From the NCBI GenBank assembly GCA_001829495.1, contig MIBJ01000037.1, positions 107,443-171,442 of the forward strand: a stretch of DNA of 64,000 bases, read 5' to 3'. Every line of letters starts with the position of its first letter. Positions within the stretch are counted from its first letter, which is position 1. The translations under genes were made by a program, and so were the position numbers. The notes under the pieces were generated by a model. It searched no databases, had not been told where the DNA came from, and was given only the letters and a program-made list of their open reading frames with translations. Positions 41,890 to 51,286 of the stretch are shown one piece after another. The stretch is from Spirochaetes bacterium RBG_16_49_21 (lineage in GTDB: Bacteria > Spirochaetota > UBA4802 > UBA5550).

Positions 41890-43110
41890 ATGGCGGATAC
41901 CCAGTTCAAAGTCGAAAATTATCTTGCGAATTCCTTTATCGTCGTTGAAGGAAAAAAAAACGCTAATAATTTCTATATAATCCTCAAGGGGAAGGTCAAG
42001 CTCACAAAGGAAAATCCGGTTCTCTCTACAGAGCCTTACTCGATACTCGGCCCGGGAGATTTTTTCGGGGTCGTATCATGCATGAGCGCGCATTCCCGGA
42101 TCGAATCGGCTGTGGCTCTGGAAAACGTGTCGCTTGTCTCGGTCGAAAGGGAGAAATTCGGCCTGCTGATTCAGAGAAACCCCGCGGTCGCGATGAAAAT
42201 CATCCGCTTTTTCAGCAGAAAACTCAGGGAGTTCGACCATGCCATCACGAGCCTGACGTTTAAGAACGTGGCTGAAGAAAACCCGGAGCATCTCTTCAAC
42301 ACCGGCGAGTACTATATCAAGAAAAAGGCCGTGAACCACGCCGCCTACGCGTATCAGAAATACCTGCACTACTGCCCCGATGGCCCGAACCGGGACGCGG
42401 CGCTCGAAAGGCTTAAAACCCTGAAGGCCCCCTATACCGTTTCCCAGAATCTCCAACAAACCGGCATGAACAGGCATTACCGCGACGACACGATGATCTT
42501 CTGCGAATACGAGCCCGGTGAAGAGCTCTTTATCATACAGTCGGGAAAGGTCAAGATAACGAAAATCGCCGGAGAGGAGGTACTGCTCGCGGTTCTGAAG
42601 CAGGGCGATATCTTCGGCGAAATGGCGATCCTGGACAACCGGCCCCGCAGCGCCTCCGCCATCACCTTCGGCGACGCAGATCTGCTCGCAATAAACAAAT
42701 CCAACTTTGAGAGCATGGTGAAGGCTCAGCCGCAGCTGGCGACCAGGCTCATACAGTTGTTAAGCGAGCGGATATGGACGGCCTACCGCCAGCTTGAAAA
42801 TCTGCTCATCAGGGATCCCCTGGGAAGGATCTATGATATGCTCCTCATCCAGATTGAAAAGCAGAAAATCAAGATTGAATCGAAGCAGCTTCATAACTTC
42901 GAATTCGGGACAAAAGAGCTGTTGAACATGGTCGGCATCTCCCTGGAAAAGGGGGACATAAAGGTCGTAGAGCTCCTTGAGGATAAGCACATAATACTTG
43001 AAGAGGGCAAACTTATCTGCACCGACTTACAGGAGCTTGAAAAAACCGTCTTGTACTACAGAAAAAAATCCGCCATGGAGCGGAAGCGTGAAGCCAGCAA
43101 AGATAGTTAG
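41890..43110 (+). CDS. Crp/Fnr-like regulator with two cyclic-nucleotide-binding domains and a C-terminal winged-helix DNA-binding domain
   Basis: There are two cNMP-binding-like modules: FIVVEGKKNANNFYIILKGKVKL...GPGDFFG, and EPGEELFIIQSGKVKITK...QGDIFGEMAILDNRPRSASA. They are separated by a helical linker. The C-terminal TKELLNMVGISLEKGDIKVVELLEDKHII resembles a Crp-type HTH. Confidence 0.8.
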   Translation: MADTQFKVENYLANSFIVVEGKKNANNFYIILKGKVKLTKENPVLSTEPYSILGPGDFFGVVSCMSAHSRIESAVALENVSLVSVEREKFGLLIQRNPAVAMKIIRFFSRKLREFDHAITSLTFKNVAEENPEHLFNTGEYYIKKKAVNHAAYAYQKYLHYCPDGPNRDAALERLKTLKAPYTVSQNLQQTGMNRHYRDDTMIFCEYEPGEELFIIQSGKVKITKIAGEEVLLAVLKQGDIFGEMAILDNRPRSASAITFGDADLLAINKSNFESMVKAQPQLATRLIQLLSERIWTAYRQLENLLIRDPLGRIYDMLLIQIEKQKIKIESKQLHNFEFGTKELLNMVGISLEKGDIKVVELLEDKHIILEEGKLICTDLQELEKTVLYYRKKSAMERKREASKDS

Positions 43111-45148
43111 AATCTTCCTTGTTTTTTTCACCGCCCTCGTCCTTTGTGCATCCATCGGCGCCGCGCTGTTTATTAAACTTTATCCCAAGGAAAGGCTCTT
43201 GGGGCTCGTCATAGCAAAAGCCGAATTTCTACTGAAAAGGAAAGTCTCTGTTAAAAACATCGGCTACAGCCTCGGCGGCATTTTCCTTGAAGAGGTCGTT
43301 ATTCATGAAGGCGGATCGGACAACTCCCCGGTGCTGGCCGCGTCCGAATACGCGGATCTGCGATTCTCGCTCATTTCCCTCCTGGCGCTGGAGCTTGATT
43401 TCGACAAAATATCGCTCGAGAACGCTTTTTATAATATCGTATTTGACGATAAGGGCGAATCGAACATACAAAAGCTCGTATCGACCTTTTCCCGGGAAGG
43501 CGACTCAAGCTTTTCAGCGAAAATCTCGAACATAGCGCTCTCCGGCGCGATCATCTCACTGAAAAACCCGCCGAAGCTGCTGGCCCCCCTTGCGGGTACC
43601 TACCGCGTGTCCGGGAAGATACAAGTGGGCAAGGGCGTAAGAATCCACGACTGTACAGTTACGCTGCCCCAGTCCAGGGGCAGACTCCATCCCGATCTCA
43701 TTATTGAATTTTTCAAGGATACTTTCAGGATCTCCGGCTCCGTCGGCCTTGAGAACGCGTCCCTTCCGTGGGTGTACCAGTGGGGAGAGAACGTCTCCCT
43801 GCCGTATAATATCCTCAACGGGAAAGTGACCGACCTCGTCATAACGAAACAGTACGTCAAAGGAAGAGCGGATGCGACATCGACCCTCCTGAATTCCAAC
43901 AGGCTGGTGAGGGCTGAGGGGCTCTGTAACGTCGACATCGACGCCGGCACCGTGCACATCAGTCAGACAAAGGGGGGAGTCGATAATTCTTCCTTTTTCA
44001 TTGAAAATCTCCGTTTTTCCTTTGACGGAAAGCTCAGCAGCTTCGGCGTAAGGAACGCGAGCGTCGCTCTTACGGATGTGATGCCGCTTTTGAAATTCAT
44101 CCCGCCGAAATTGTTCGGCACGGTTGAAGGCGATCTGAGCTTGGCGAACGGCCTGTACAACGGCAATCTATCCGTCAGCGGATGCGGCTGGGATCCCGAT
44201 TTAAAAATCGTGAACGACCTGCAAGCGACCCTCTACATCCGCGATAACGTCTTTAAAAAAGCGGACATACCGTTAACGTTTTACGGCAATCCCTGCACGC
44301 TTTCCATCGCCTCAACCGAGCGTGACCTGTCGAAGCTCTACGTTAACGTGAGCTCCGGCAGGATTGTCCTGGATCCGGCACGGGATAAATTTTCCGCCTC
44401 GGGCGAGCCGCTCAATCTGCCGCTCCAGATATCGGGGAGCATAACGGTGGAGCAATTGCTGTACAAGCCGTATACGTTATCGGAGATTCAACTCCTCTAT
44501 CAGGCTTCCGGGAACAGGCTTGCGATAACGGGTTTCCAATTCATGTTTGCCGGGGGCACGGTTACCGGCACGGGAGCGGCAGGCATGACCCCGGGAGCTC
44601 CGCAGGCCTCTTGTGCGCTCAAGTTCGACAACCTGTCGGTCCAGGACATCATCTCCTCGAACGAGAAGATCCGCAACCGCTTCTTCGGCGTGCTGCAGGG
44701 AAATTCAAAGATCAACTTCGAGCTCGGCAGCAGGTTCCAGCAGACGGCGACGGGGAACGTCGAATTCACCATAGACAAGGGAAAGCTTGTCGACACCGGA
44801 ATTCAGGACGGGCTGGGACTTCTGCTCGCGGAACTGAGATACAAGCTCCGGGATCTGGAATTCAACAAGATATACGGCAACATCGATATCAGGGGAACGA
44901 CGTACCGGATAAAATCGTTCATATTCAATTCAAACGACATACGGCTTAAAATAACCGGAAGCTTCGACCAGAATCTGACCGCCACTCCTTTAAACATAGA
45001 TCTTGAATTCACCAGGGCATTTATCCAGGACCTTCCCGGCGCGTCCGCGTTTATATACAACAAGTATTTGCGGGGGGAATGGTATATAGTCCCGTTTATT
45101 ATGAACGGAGACATGACGGATAGTAAGAACGTAAAGCGATTGAATTAA
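43088..45148 (+). CDS. Large membrane-anchored protein, weakly AsmA/TamB-like
   Basis: Long ORF with coding-like composition and an N-terminal TM (IVRIFLVFFTALVLCASIGAALFI). The beta-rich repetitive body and the C-terminal DIRLKITGSF... block are reminiscent of AsmA-family proteins. I prefer the in-frame GTG at 43088 to the TTG at 42998. The family call is tentative. Confidence 0.6.
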   Translation: MKPAKIVRIFLVFFTALVLCASIGAALFIKLYPKERLLGLVIAKAEFLLKRKVSVKNIGYSLGGIFLEEVVIHEGGSDNSPVLAASEYADLRFSLISLLALELDFDKISLENAFYNIVFDDKGESNIQKLVSTFSREGDSSFSAKISNIALSGAIISLKNPPKLLAPLAGTYRVSGKIQVGKGVRIHDCTVTLPQSRGRLHPDLIIEFFKDTFRISGSVGLENASLPWVYQWGENVSLPYNILNGKVTDLVITKQYVKGRADATSTLLNSNRLVRAEGLCNVDIDAGTVHISQTKGGVDNSSFFIENLRFSFDGKLSSFGVRNASVALTDVMPLLKFIPPKLFGTVEGDLSLANGLYNGNLSVSGCGWDPDLKIVNDLQATLYIRDNVFKKADIPLTFYGNPCTLSIASTERDLSKLYVNVSSGRIVLDPARDKFSASGEPLNLPLQISGSITVEQLLYKPYTLSEIQLLYQASGNRLAITGFQFMFAGGTVTGTGAAGMTPGAPQASCALKFDNLSVQDIISSNEKIRNRFFGVLQGNSKINFELGSRFQQTATGNVEFTIDKGKLVDTGIQDGLGLLLAELRYKLRDLEFNKIYGNIDIRGTTYRIKSFIFNSNDIRLKITGSFDQNLTATPLNIDLEFTRAFIQDLPGASAFIYNKYLRGEWYIVPFIMNGDMTDSKNVKRLN

Positions 45149-45669
45149 TACTTTGAATCAGCATAATCGACCCATCCGCCGGCCAGAACCAGGTTCCGGT
45201 CAAAATCGTTTATAGTGTAATTAATCCGTTCCTCTTCGCCGCCTGCCCTGACGATGAACTGGCTCTTCCCAAAATCCGTCTCTATCTCAACCTCCCCGCC
45301 CGCCCCGAGGCTGAAGAGCCGCCCGATCACGGCAGGATCGAGCTCGACCGCCATCATGCCGCAGTTGTACATGTTCTGGCGGAAGATGCGCGCGAATCCC
45401 TCGGCGATGACGAGGTTCAGGCCGTTCATCTCCAGGGCCCAGGGCGCGTGTTCGCGCGATGAGCCGCATCCGAAGTTGGATCGCGTCACGATAACGCTCC
45501 TCCCCGGAATGTCCCGCTTCTGGTCAAATCCCTGAAGCTTGAGCCCTTCGAGCAGGTAGGGCGCGAGCGCCTCCTTGCTGATCTCGGTGAGGTATTTTGC
45601 CGGTATGATCTCGTCGGTGTTGATGTCCGATCGGTCCAGGAACAGGACCTTTCCCCTGAAGCTTTTCAT
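45145..45669 (-). CDS. leuD: 3-isopropylmalate (or 2-methylmalate) dehydratase small subunit, short type
   Basis: Blocks NTDEIIPAKYL, GSNFGCGSSREHAPWAL and the aconitase swivel domain. 174 aa. It lies directly downstream of leuC. Confidence 0.88.
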   Translation of the reverse strand: MKSFRGKVLFLDRSDINTDEIIPAKYLTEISKEALAPYLLEGLKLQGFDQKRDIPGRSVIVTRSNFGCGSSREHAPWALEMNGLNLVIAEGFARIFRQNMYNCGMMAVELDPAVIGRLFSLGAGGEVEIETDFGKSQFIVRAGGEEERINYTINDFDRNLVLAGGWVDYADSKY

Positions 45670-45673
45670 GCAG

Positions 45674-46960
45674 TCATCCCCGAAAGCCGTCCGAATTCGC
45701 TATCGCTCCCCGGATCGCGGTGGCTGCCGCGGTAGCCGGGCTTACGAGGTGGACCATGCCGCCCTCGCCCATCCTTCCCTGAAAATTCCGGTTGGTCGTG
45801 GCGGCACACACCTCGCCCAGGGCAAGCACCCCGTTGCTCATGCCGAGGCACGCGCCGCAGGTCGGATTGGTCACGCAGAACCCCGCTTCCATGAATATCT
45901 CGATGATGCCTTCCTCCAGGGCCGTCTTGTAAATATCCGTGGTCGCCGGAGAAACGATGGCCCGCACATTCGGGCTGATGGTTTTTCCCTTGAGCACCTG
46001 CGCGGCTATGCGCAGATCCTCCATCCTCCCGTTCGTGCAGGAGCCGATATACACCTGATCCACCCGCGTCCCCTCCATCTCGCGCACGGTCTTCACCTGG
46101 TCGGGCTTGTACCCCACGGTGACAAGCGGCTCAAGGCCCGACACGTCGTGGTGCATCACCCTTTCGTATTCCGCGTCGGGATCGGATATCCACTTCGAGT
46201 ATTCCGCAAGGGCCTTTTTTTTCGTTTTGAATTCATCCTTGATGAAATCCCAGAGGTAGTCCACCGTGATCATGTCCGGGTAGCATATGCCGCTCGTGGC
46301 GCCGGCTTCAACCGCCATGTTGCACAGGGTCATGCGGGACTCCATGCTCATGGCGGCAACCACCGGGCCGGTGAATTCAAGGATCAGGTTCGTTGCGCCG
46401 TTGACACCGATTTTCGCGATTATCGAAAGGATCACGTCCTTCGCGTACACGCCTTCGGGTATCGCGCCGGTTATGTTTATCTTCATCGTCCGGGGCGCGT
46501 TAAAGGTGCAAACCCCTTTCAACAGCGCAACCTCCACGTCGGTTGACCCGACGCCCGCGGCAAAAGCGCCGAATGCCCCGTGCGTGCAGGTATGCGAATC
46601 GCCCATGATAATCGTGTATCCGGGACGAACGAACCCCTTTTCCGGAAAGAGGGCGTGGCACACGCCGTTACGGCCTATATCAAAAAAGTATTGTATATTG
46701 TTCCGCCGGGCCCAATCCCGGAGTATCTTCCCCTGCTCCGCGGTCTTCGTGTCCTTTGCCGGAGACACGTGGTCGATGACCGCCTTGATCTTGTCCGGAT
46801 CAAACACCCGGTCCTTGCTCCTGGCTTCGAGGTCGAGTATCGCCGCCGGCGTGGTCACCTCGTGGCAGAACACGGCGTCCAGTGAAAGGATATGGATGTC
46901 CTTGGCCGGCTGATCGACCCGATGGGCTTTGAAAATCTTCTCCGCTATCGTATTTCCCAT
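45674..46960 (-). CDS. leuC: 3-isopropylmalate (or 2-methylmalate) dehydratase large subunit, short type
   Basis: Blocks TIAEKIF, MGDSHTCTHGAFGAFA, IGSCTNGR and the Fe-S ligand region NPTCGACLG. I chose the ATG at 46960 (MGNTIAEK), 13 nt after the clpC stop. Confidence 0.9.
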   Translation of the reverse strand: MGNTIAEKIFKAHRVDQPAKDIHILSLDAVFCHEVTTPAAILDLEARSKDRVFDPDKIKAVIDHVSPAKDTKTAEQGKILRDWARRNNIQYFFDIGRNGVCHALFPEKGFVRPGYTIIMGDSHTCTHGAFGAFAAGVGSTDVEVALLKGVCTFNAPRTMKINITGAIPEGVYAKDVILSIIAKIGVNGATNLILEFTGPVVAAMSMESRMTLCNMAVEAGATSGICYPDMITVDYLWDFIKDEFKTKKKALAEYSKWISDPDAEYERVMHHDVSGLEPLVTVGYKPDQVKTVREMEGTRVDQVYIGSCTNGRMEDLRIAAQVLKGKTISPNVRAIVSPATTDIYKTALEEGIIEIFMEAGFCVTNPTCGACLGMSNGVLALGEVCAATTNRNFQGRMGEGGMVHLVSPATAAATAIRGAIANSDGFRG

Positions 46961-46973
46961 ACCCGCATCACCC

Positions 46974-49472
46974 TTAGGTGATCTCCACAGTTTTATTCCG
47001 CAGCGGGGAGCTCTCGCGATCAGCGTCATCCTCCGCACCGGCGGTCAAGGGCCCGATCGACTTAAAGGAAACCGCCTTTCCCTTGAGGATAACCTTCAAG
47101 CTTGTCGATTCCTGTATCTTTCCTTTCAGAAGATCACCGGCCAGCAGGTCTTCTATCTCATTCCGAATGACGCGCCGCAGGTTCCGGGCTCCGGAATGTT
47201 CATCATATCCCTTTTCCATGAGATATCTTTTCACCCCCGGCGAAAAAACAAGCTCGATCTTCCGGTCCCACAGCTTATCATTGATCGCGGCAAGCATCAG
47301 ATCGACGATCCGCCTGATATGGTTCCGATTAAGCTTATGGAAGTAGACCGTCTCGTCGATCCGGTTCAGGAATTCCGGGCTGAAGAGCTTCTTGAGCTCA
47401 TCGCTCACTTTTTCATTGACGCCGTTTCCCGGCGTCTCTGCTTCCGCGCCGGTGAATCCCATCTTCCCGATCTTCTGATACTCGCGGTTCCCGATATTCG
47501 ATGTCATGATAATGATCGTGTCCCGGAAGCTCACGGTAGTGCCCGTGCCGTCCGTCAGCTCGCCTTCCTCAAACACCTGGAGGAGTATGTTGAACACGTC
47601 GGGATGGGCCTTCTCAATCTCGTCAAGGAGAATGACCGAATAAGGCCTTCTCTTGATCCTCTCGGTAAGCTGTCCCCCCTCCTCATATCCGATATAGCCG
47701 GGCGGAGCGCCGATGAGCCGCGACACCGAATGCTTCTCCATATACTCCGACATGTCGATCCGGACGAGGTTCCGCTCGTCGTCAAACAGGAATTCGGTCA
47801 ATGCCTTGGCGAGCTCGGTCTTGCCCACGCCGGTGGGGCCGAGGAATATGAAGACGCCCATCGGCTTGTTGGGACTCCCGAGCCCGATCCGCGAACGGCG
47901 GATCGCCCGGCTCACGGCCCGTATGGCGTCGTCCTGGCCTACTATCCGGTTGTGGATCACCTCCTCCATCCTCATGAGCTTATCCAGCTCCGATTCCTCG
48001 ATGCTGGCTACCGGTATGCCGGTGTTTTCCGAGACTATCAGCGCTATCTGATCGGGAGAGACCACGATTTCGTATTCGTTCTTCTTCTCATGCCAGTTGT
48101 CGAGCTTGACGGAAAGAACCTCCCTCCTCTGCTGTATGAGATCGCGGATCGCCGCCGCCTGCTCGTATTCCTGCGCCAGCACGAGCTCGTTCTTCCTGGT
48201 AATGAGCCCCTCGATCTCCGCTTCCAGCGCGATGATGTCCTCGGGCATGTCAAAATTATCGAGCCGCGCCATTGCCCCCGCCTCATCGATGATATCAATG
48301 GCCTTGTCCGGAAGGCAGCGGTCGTTGATGTACCGGTCCGCGAGGTTTGCCGCTTTTTCCAGGGACTCCTGCGTAAATTTCACCTTGTGATGGCTCTCAA
48401 AGCGCTCCTTCAATCCGGTGAGGATCTTTATTGTTTCATCAACGTCAGGCTCATTGACTAGAATCGACTGGAACCTGCGCACGAGTGCGGTGTCCTTTTC
48501 CACGTACATCTTGTATTCATTCAAAGTGGTGGCGCCGATGCACTGCAGCTCTCCCCGCGCCAGGGCCGGCTTCAGTATGTTCGCCGCGTCTATCGCCCCT
48601 TCCGCCGCTCCGGCGCCGATGAGGGTATGAACCTCGTCGATAAATATGATGATGTTGCCCTCGTCTATGATCTCCTTCACGACCCGCTTGAGCCGCTCCT
48701 CGAACTCGCCCCGGTATTTGGTGCCGGCAACGATGGCGGCCATGTCAAGGGAGAGTACCCGCCTGTCGTGCAGCGGCTCGGGGATCTCCTTCCGGACAAT
48801 CCGCTGGGCGAGGCCCTCGACGATGGCGGTTTTACCCACGCCCGCCTCGCCGATAAGAATCGGATTGTTCTTCCTCTTGCGCGAGAGAATGCGTATCACC
48901 CGCGTAATCTCTTCTTCGCGGCCGATCACCGGGTCGAGCATGTTCTCCGAAGCCATTCTGGTCAGGTCCCGCGCGAACTCCTCAAGCGCCGGCGGCTTTG
49001 CAGTTTTCAGCTTATTCTGCTTCTCGTTGGTGATCTTGACGCCGAGAACCCGCAGTATCTCGTTCCTGATGGCGCTGTAATCAATGCCGCTGCGCACGAG
49101 CGTTTCAACGCCGGAGCAGGCGCTGTCCCTGAAGATGGCGAGAAGCAGGTGCTCGGTGCCGATATAGGAATTTTTAAGCTTGCGCGCCTCCTCTTTGGAA
49201 AATTCGATGATTCTACGGTAATTCGAGCTCAGGGGGACCTTGCCCAGCACAACCGCAGCCCGGTTTCTCCGCACCGAGCGCTCGATTTCCTGAATGAACT
49301 GCTCGAAATTGATGCCCAGGTTCTTCATGATGCGCGCGGCTACCGATTCTTCATCTTTAAGAAGGGAGATCATTATATGCTCCGGCTCGAGCATGTCCGC
49401 ATTCAAGCGCTTACCCTCGTTCTGGGCCATGATCTCAAGTACCTTTTTCGAGCGCTTTGTAAACTCAAACAT
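46974..49472 (-). CDS. clpC: ATP-dependent Clp protease ATP-binding subunit ClpC
   Basis: Clp_N repeats, two AAA+ modules (GEAGVGKTA; GPTGVGKTE) and a UVR-like linker. ATG at 49472 overlaps the mcsB stop (TGATG). Confidence 0.93.
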   Translation of the reverse strand: MFEFTKRSKKVLEIMAQNEGKRLNADMLEPEHIMISLLKDEESVAARIMKNLGINFEQFIQEIERSVRRNRAAVVLGKVPLSSNYRRIIEFSKEEARKLKNSYIGTEHLLLAIFRDSACSGVETLVRSGIDYSAIRNEILRVLGVKITNEKQNKLKTAKPPALEEFARDLTRMASENMLDPVIGREEEITRVIRILSRKRKNNPILIGEAGVGKTAIVEGLAQRIVRKEIPEPLHDRRVLSLDMAAIVAGTKYRGEFEERLKRVVKEIIDEGNIIIFIDEVHTLIGAGAAEGAIDAANILKPALARGELQCIGATTLNEYKMYVEKDTALVRRFQSILVNEPDVDETIKILTGLKERFESHHKVKFTQESLEKAANLADRYINDRCLPDKAIDIIDEAGAMARLDNFDMPEDIIALEAEIEGLITRKNELVLAQEYEQAAAIRDLIQQRREVLSVKLDNWHEKKNEYEIVVSPDQIALIVSENTGIPVASIEESELDKLMRMEEVIHNRIVGQDDAIRAVSRAIRRSRIGLGSPNKPMGVFIFLGPTGVGKTELAKALTEFLFDDERNLVRIDMSEYMEKHSVSRLIGAPPGYIGYEEGGQLTERIKRRPYSVILLDEIEKAHPDVFNILLQVFEEGELTDGTGTTVSFRDTIIIMTSNIGNREYQKIGKMGFTGAEAETPGNGVNEKVSDELKKLFSPEFLNRIDETVYFHKLNRNHIRRIVDLMLAAINDKLWDRKIELVFSPGVKRYLMEKGYDEHSGARNLRRVIRNEIEDLLAGDLLKGKIQESTSLKVILKGKAVSFKSIGPLTAGAEDDADRESSPLRNKTVEIT

Positions 49473-50527
49473 CACCTGACCTCATGCGAATGTAAAATTC
49501 TGCGAATATAGTCGGCCCGGCACTCATCGGATTCGCTCGTGCTCTTGAAGAGCAGGCCGGAATTCCTCTGGAGATGAGCCCACTGAATATTGACCATAAG
49601 ATCGTTTACCGCCTTGATATCAAAATTTTTTATGACAGCCAGAATTATCCCCAGCCTCAGATTTGAAAGATGGCCCATGGATTCGATGTAGCTTATCCTC
49701 CGCGAATGCTGGAGTATTCCGAACGATCTCCATATCTTATCCTCAAGCTCAAGCCGCGACTCCGACATATATTCGTCCCTGGCCGCATCCTCGATCTCGA
49801 GGACTCTGCCGAGCGCTTCATCGACGGTTTCGATGATATCGATCTCCGACAATCCGAATGATATCCGGTTAGATAGCTGGTACAGGCTCCCCAGGGTCTT
49901 GCTCATATGGCCTACCGTGCCCTTGATCTCGACCATTTTCCTTTTGTCTTCGGGGATCAACTCGCTTTGCATGTTCTTCAGCGTTATTACCGGAAGATGA
50001 AGCAGGGCGGACACCTTGAGGCCGGTGCCGAGGTTCGACGGGCAGGTAGTGAGATATCCCAGCTCTTCAGAGAACGCGTAGGGGACAAACCGGTTCAGCT
50101 CGGTATCGGCCTTGTCTGCGATCCGGTATGCCTCGGTCAGCTGGAGGCCGGGCCGCATCACCTGAATACGAAAATGGTCCTCTTCGTTTACAAGAATCGA
50201 AAAGTCATCAACAGAACAGACCGACACCAGGGTGTTGTCCGACACCTCCATCTCATAGGTGATGACGTTGCGCTCGCGCAGGTATCTCTTCTCATTGCAG
50301 TCGATTTTTTTCAGATCGATGACATCGACGCTTTTGCCGTATACCGATTCGCGGGAGAACCGCTCGACCGCTTCGCGGATGGGATGCAGATCATCCGCGG
50401 TCATTCTGGACGGAAACGGTACGGATTGCATATTCCGGGCAAGGCGCAGCCTGCTCGAAAGCACGATGTGGCTGAAGGGCCCGCACGAGGTCCAGAATCC
50501 CGATCGCTGTAAAACCTCTTCAAACAA
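49472..50527 (-). CDS. mcsB: Protein arginine kinase McsB
   Basis: ATP:guanido phosphotransferase blocks (RLARNMQSVPFP, NEEDHFRIQVM, TCPSNLGTGLKVS). TTG start at 50527 with GGAGGG 7 nt upstream. Confidence 0.88.
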   Translation of the reverse strand: MFEEVLQRSGFWTSCGPFSHIVLSSRLRLARNMQSVPFPSRMTADDLHPIREAVERFSRESVYGKSVDVIDLKKIDCNEKRYLRERNVITYEMEVSDNTLVSVCSVDDFSILVNEEDHFRIQVMRPGLQLTEAYRIADKADTELNRFVPYAFSEELGYLTTCPSNLGTGLKVSALLHLPVITLKNMQSELIPEDKRKMVEIKGTVGHMSKTLGSLYQLSNRISFGLSEIDIIETVDEALGRVLEIEDAARDEYMSESRLELEDKIWRSFGILQHSRRISYIESMGHLSNLRLGIILAVIKNFDIKAVNDLMVNIQWAHLQRNSGLLFKSTSESDECRADYIRRILHSHEVR

Positions 50528-50539
50528 CGCCTTCCCTCC

Positions 50540-51061
50540 TCATTCCGATCCTGTCGCCCGAATTGTATCGCGCAGTACCGCGGCTTCTTCGTAACGCTCC
50601 CCGATTATCGCTTTTTCGAGCTCTATTTTTAATTCCTCGATCGTTTTTTTAACATTGACGGCCTGCACCGCCTTTGCCGAAAGTCCCGGGTTCTTAACCG
50701 TCATAGTATTAGGATATTTCCCGACATGTTTTGTTGCACCATGAAATCCGAGAATAACCGACTTTAACTGATCCCCAAGATAGCGGTAGCAGTCAGGGCA
50801 GCCGAGCTTCCCCTCACGGGTGTAGTCCGCAAAGGTGAATCCGCAGGATTTGCACACCGTCCCGCTTTCGTAATCATCGACTTCGTCGATGTCGAGAAAG
50901 GAGAGCATCTCGGGTATGGATAGGGAAAAATTGGAGAGCTTGGAATTCAGCCCTATGTCCCGCGCGCAGCTCTCGCACAGGTGCACCTCCGATTTGACGT
51001 CTTTTATTATCTCGGTAAGATGTATCGTAGCCTCTATATTTTTACACCGCTCGCATTGCAT
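50540..51061 (-). CDS. mcsA: McsA (zinc-finger and UVR-motif activator of McsB)
   Basis: Repeated CxxC pairs (CERC...CESC...CKSC...CPDC) and a C-terminal UVR motif (EELKIELEKAIIGERYEEAAVLRD). It lies upstream of mcsB-clpC. Confidence 0.85.
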   Translation of the reverse strand: MQCERCKNIEATIHLTEIIKDVKSEVHLCESCARDIGLNSKLSNFSLSIPEMLSFLDIDEVDDYESGTVCKSCGFTFADYTREGKLGCPDCYRYLGDQLKSVILGFHGATKHVGKYPNTMTVKNPGLSAKAVQAVNVKKTIEELKIELEKAIIGERYEEAAVLRDTIRATGSE

Positions 51062-51286
51062 GAAGCTTTCCTCTAATAAGTATCGGCACTCTCGCCTCTT
51101 TCTCCCTTCTGTTTATATGCAAGGGTTTCACTCATGATCCAAAATTGTAAACTAGAAAATTTTACAAAAAAATCTTGTTATTACCAATATACATATTAAT
51201 TACTATAAGTAGGTAAAATTTTTAAAAATATCCTCACCCCATCTCACCCTCGTCTCAAATTATTTTATTGACTGTTTAAAAAAAAT

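Noticed and set aside
46929-48461. Very long ORFs antisense to confirmed genes. Examples: 510 aa opposite clpC; 48627-49511 opposite clpC/mcsB; 13033-14100 opposite the cyclase; 30736-31797 opposite purB; 28027-29082 opposite the HExxH gene; 34192-35196 opposite the RND pump. Further cases are 45575-46546 opposite leuC, 62263-63231 opposite FapA, 55159-56052 opposite the LtaS-like gene and 22201-23073 opposite the thiolase.
   Set aside because: Their translations are Arg/Pro/His/Gly/Leu-rich low-complexity strings with no family motifs. The opposite strand in every case encodes a full-length, motif-rich, well-known protein. These are shadow ORFs caused by codon bias.
51062-51286. CtsR box (GGTCAAA direct repeat) or CIRCE (TTAGCACTC-N9-GAGTGCTAA) upstream of mcsA, and a 7-N9-7 inverted repeat TTGTAAA...TTTACAA at 51145-51167.
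   Set aside because: No match to either operator was found by eye. Only a GCACTC fragment is present, without the partner half-site. The 7-mer dyad lies in very AT-rich DNA and is short enough to be chance.
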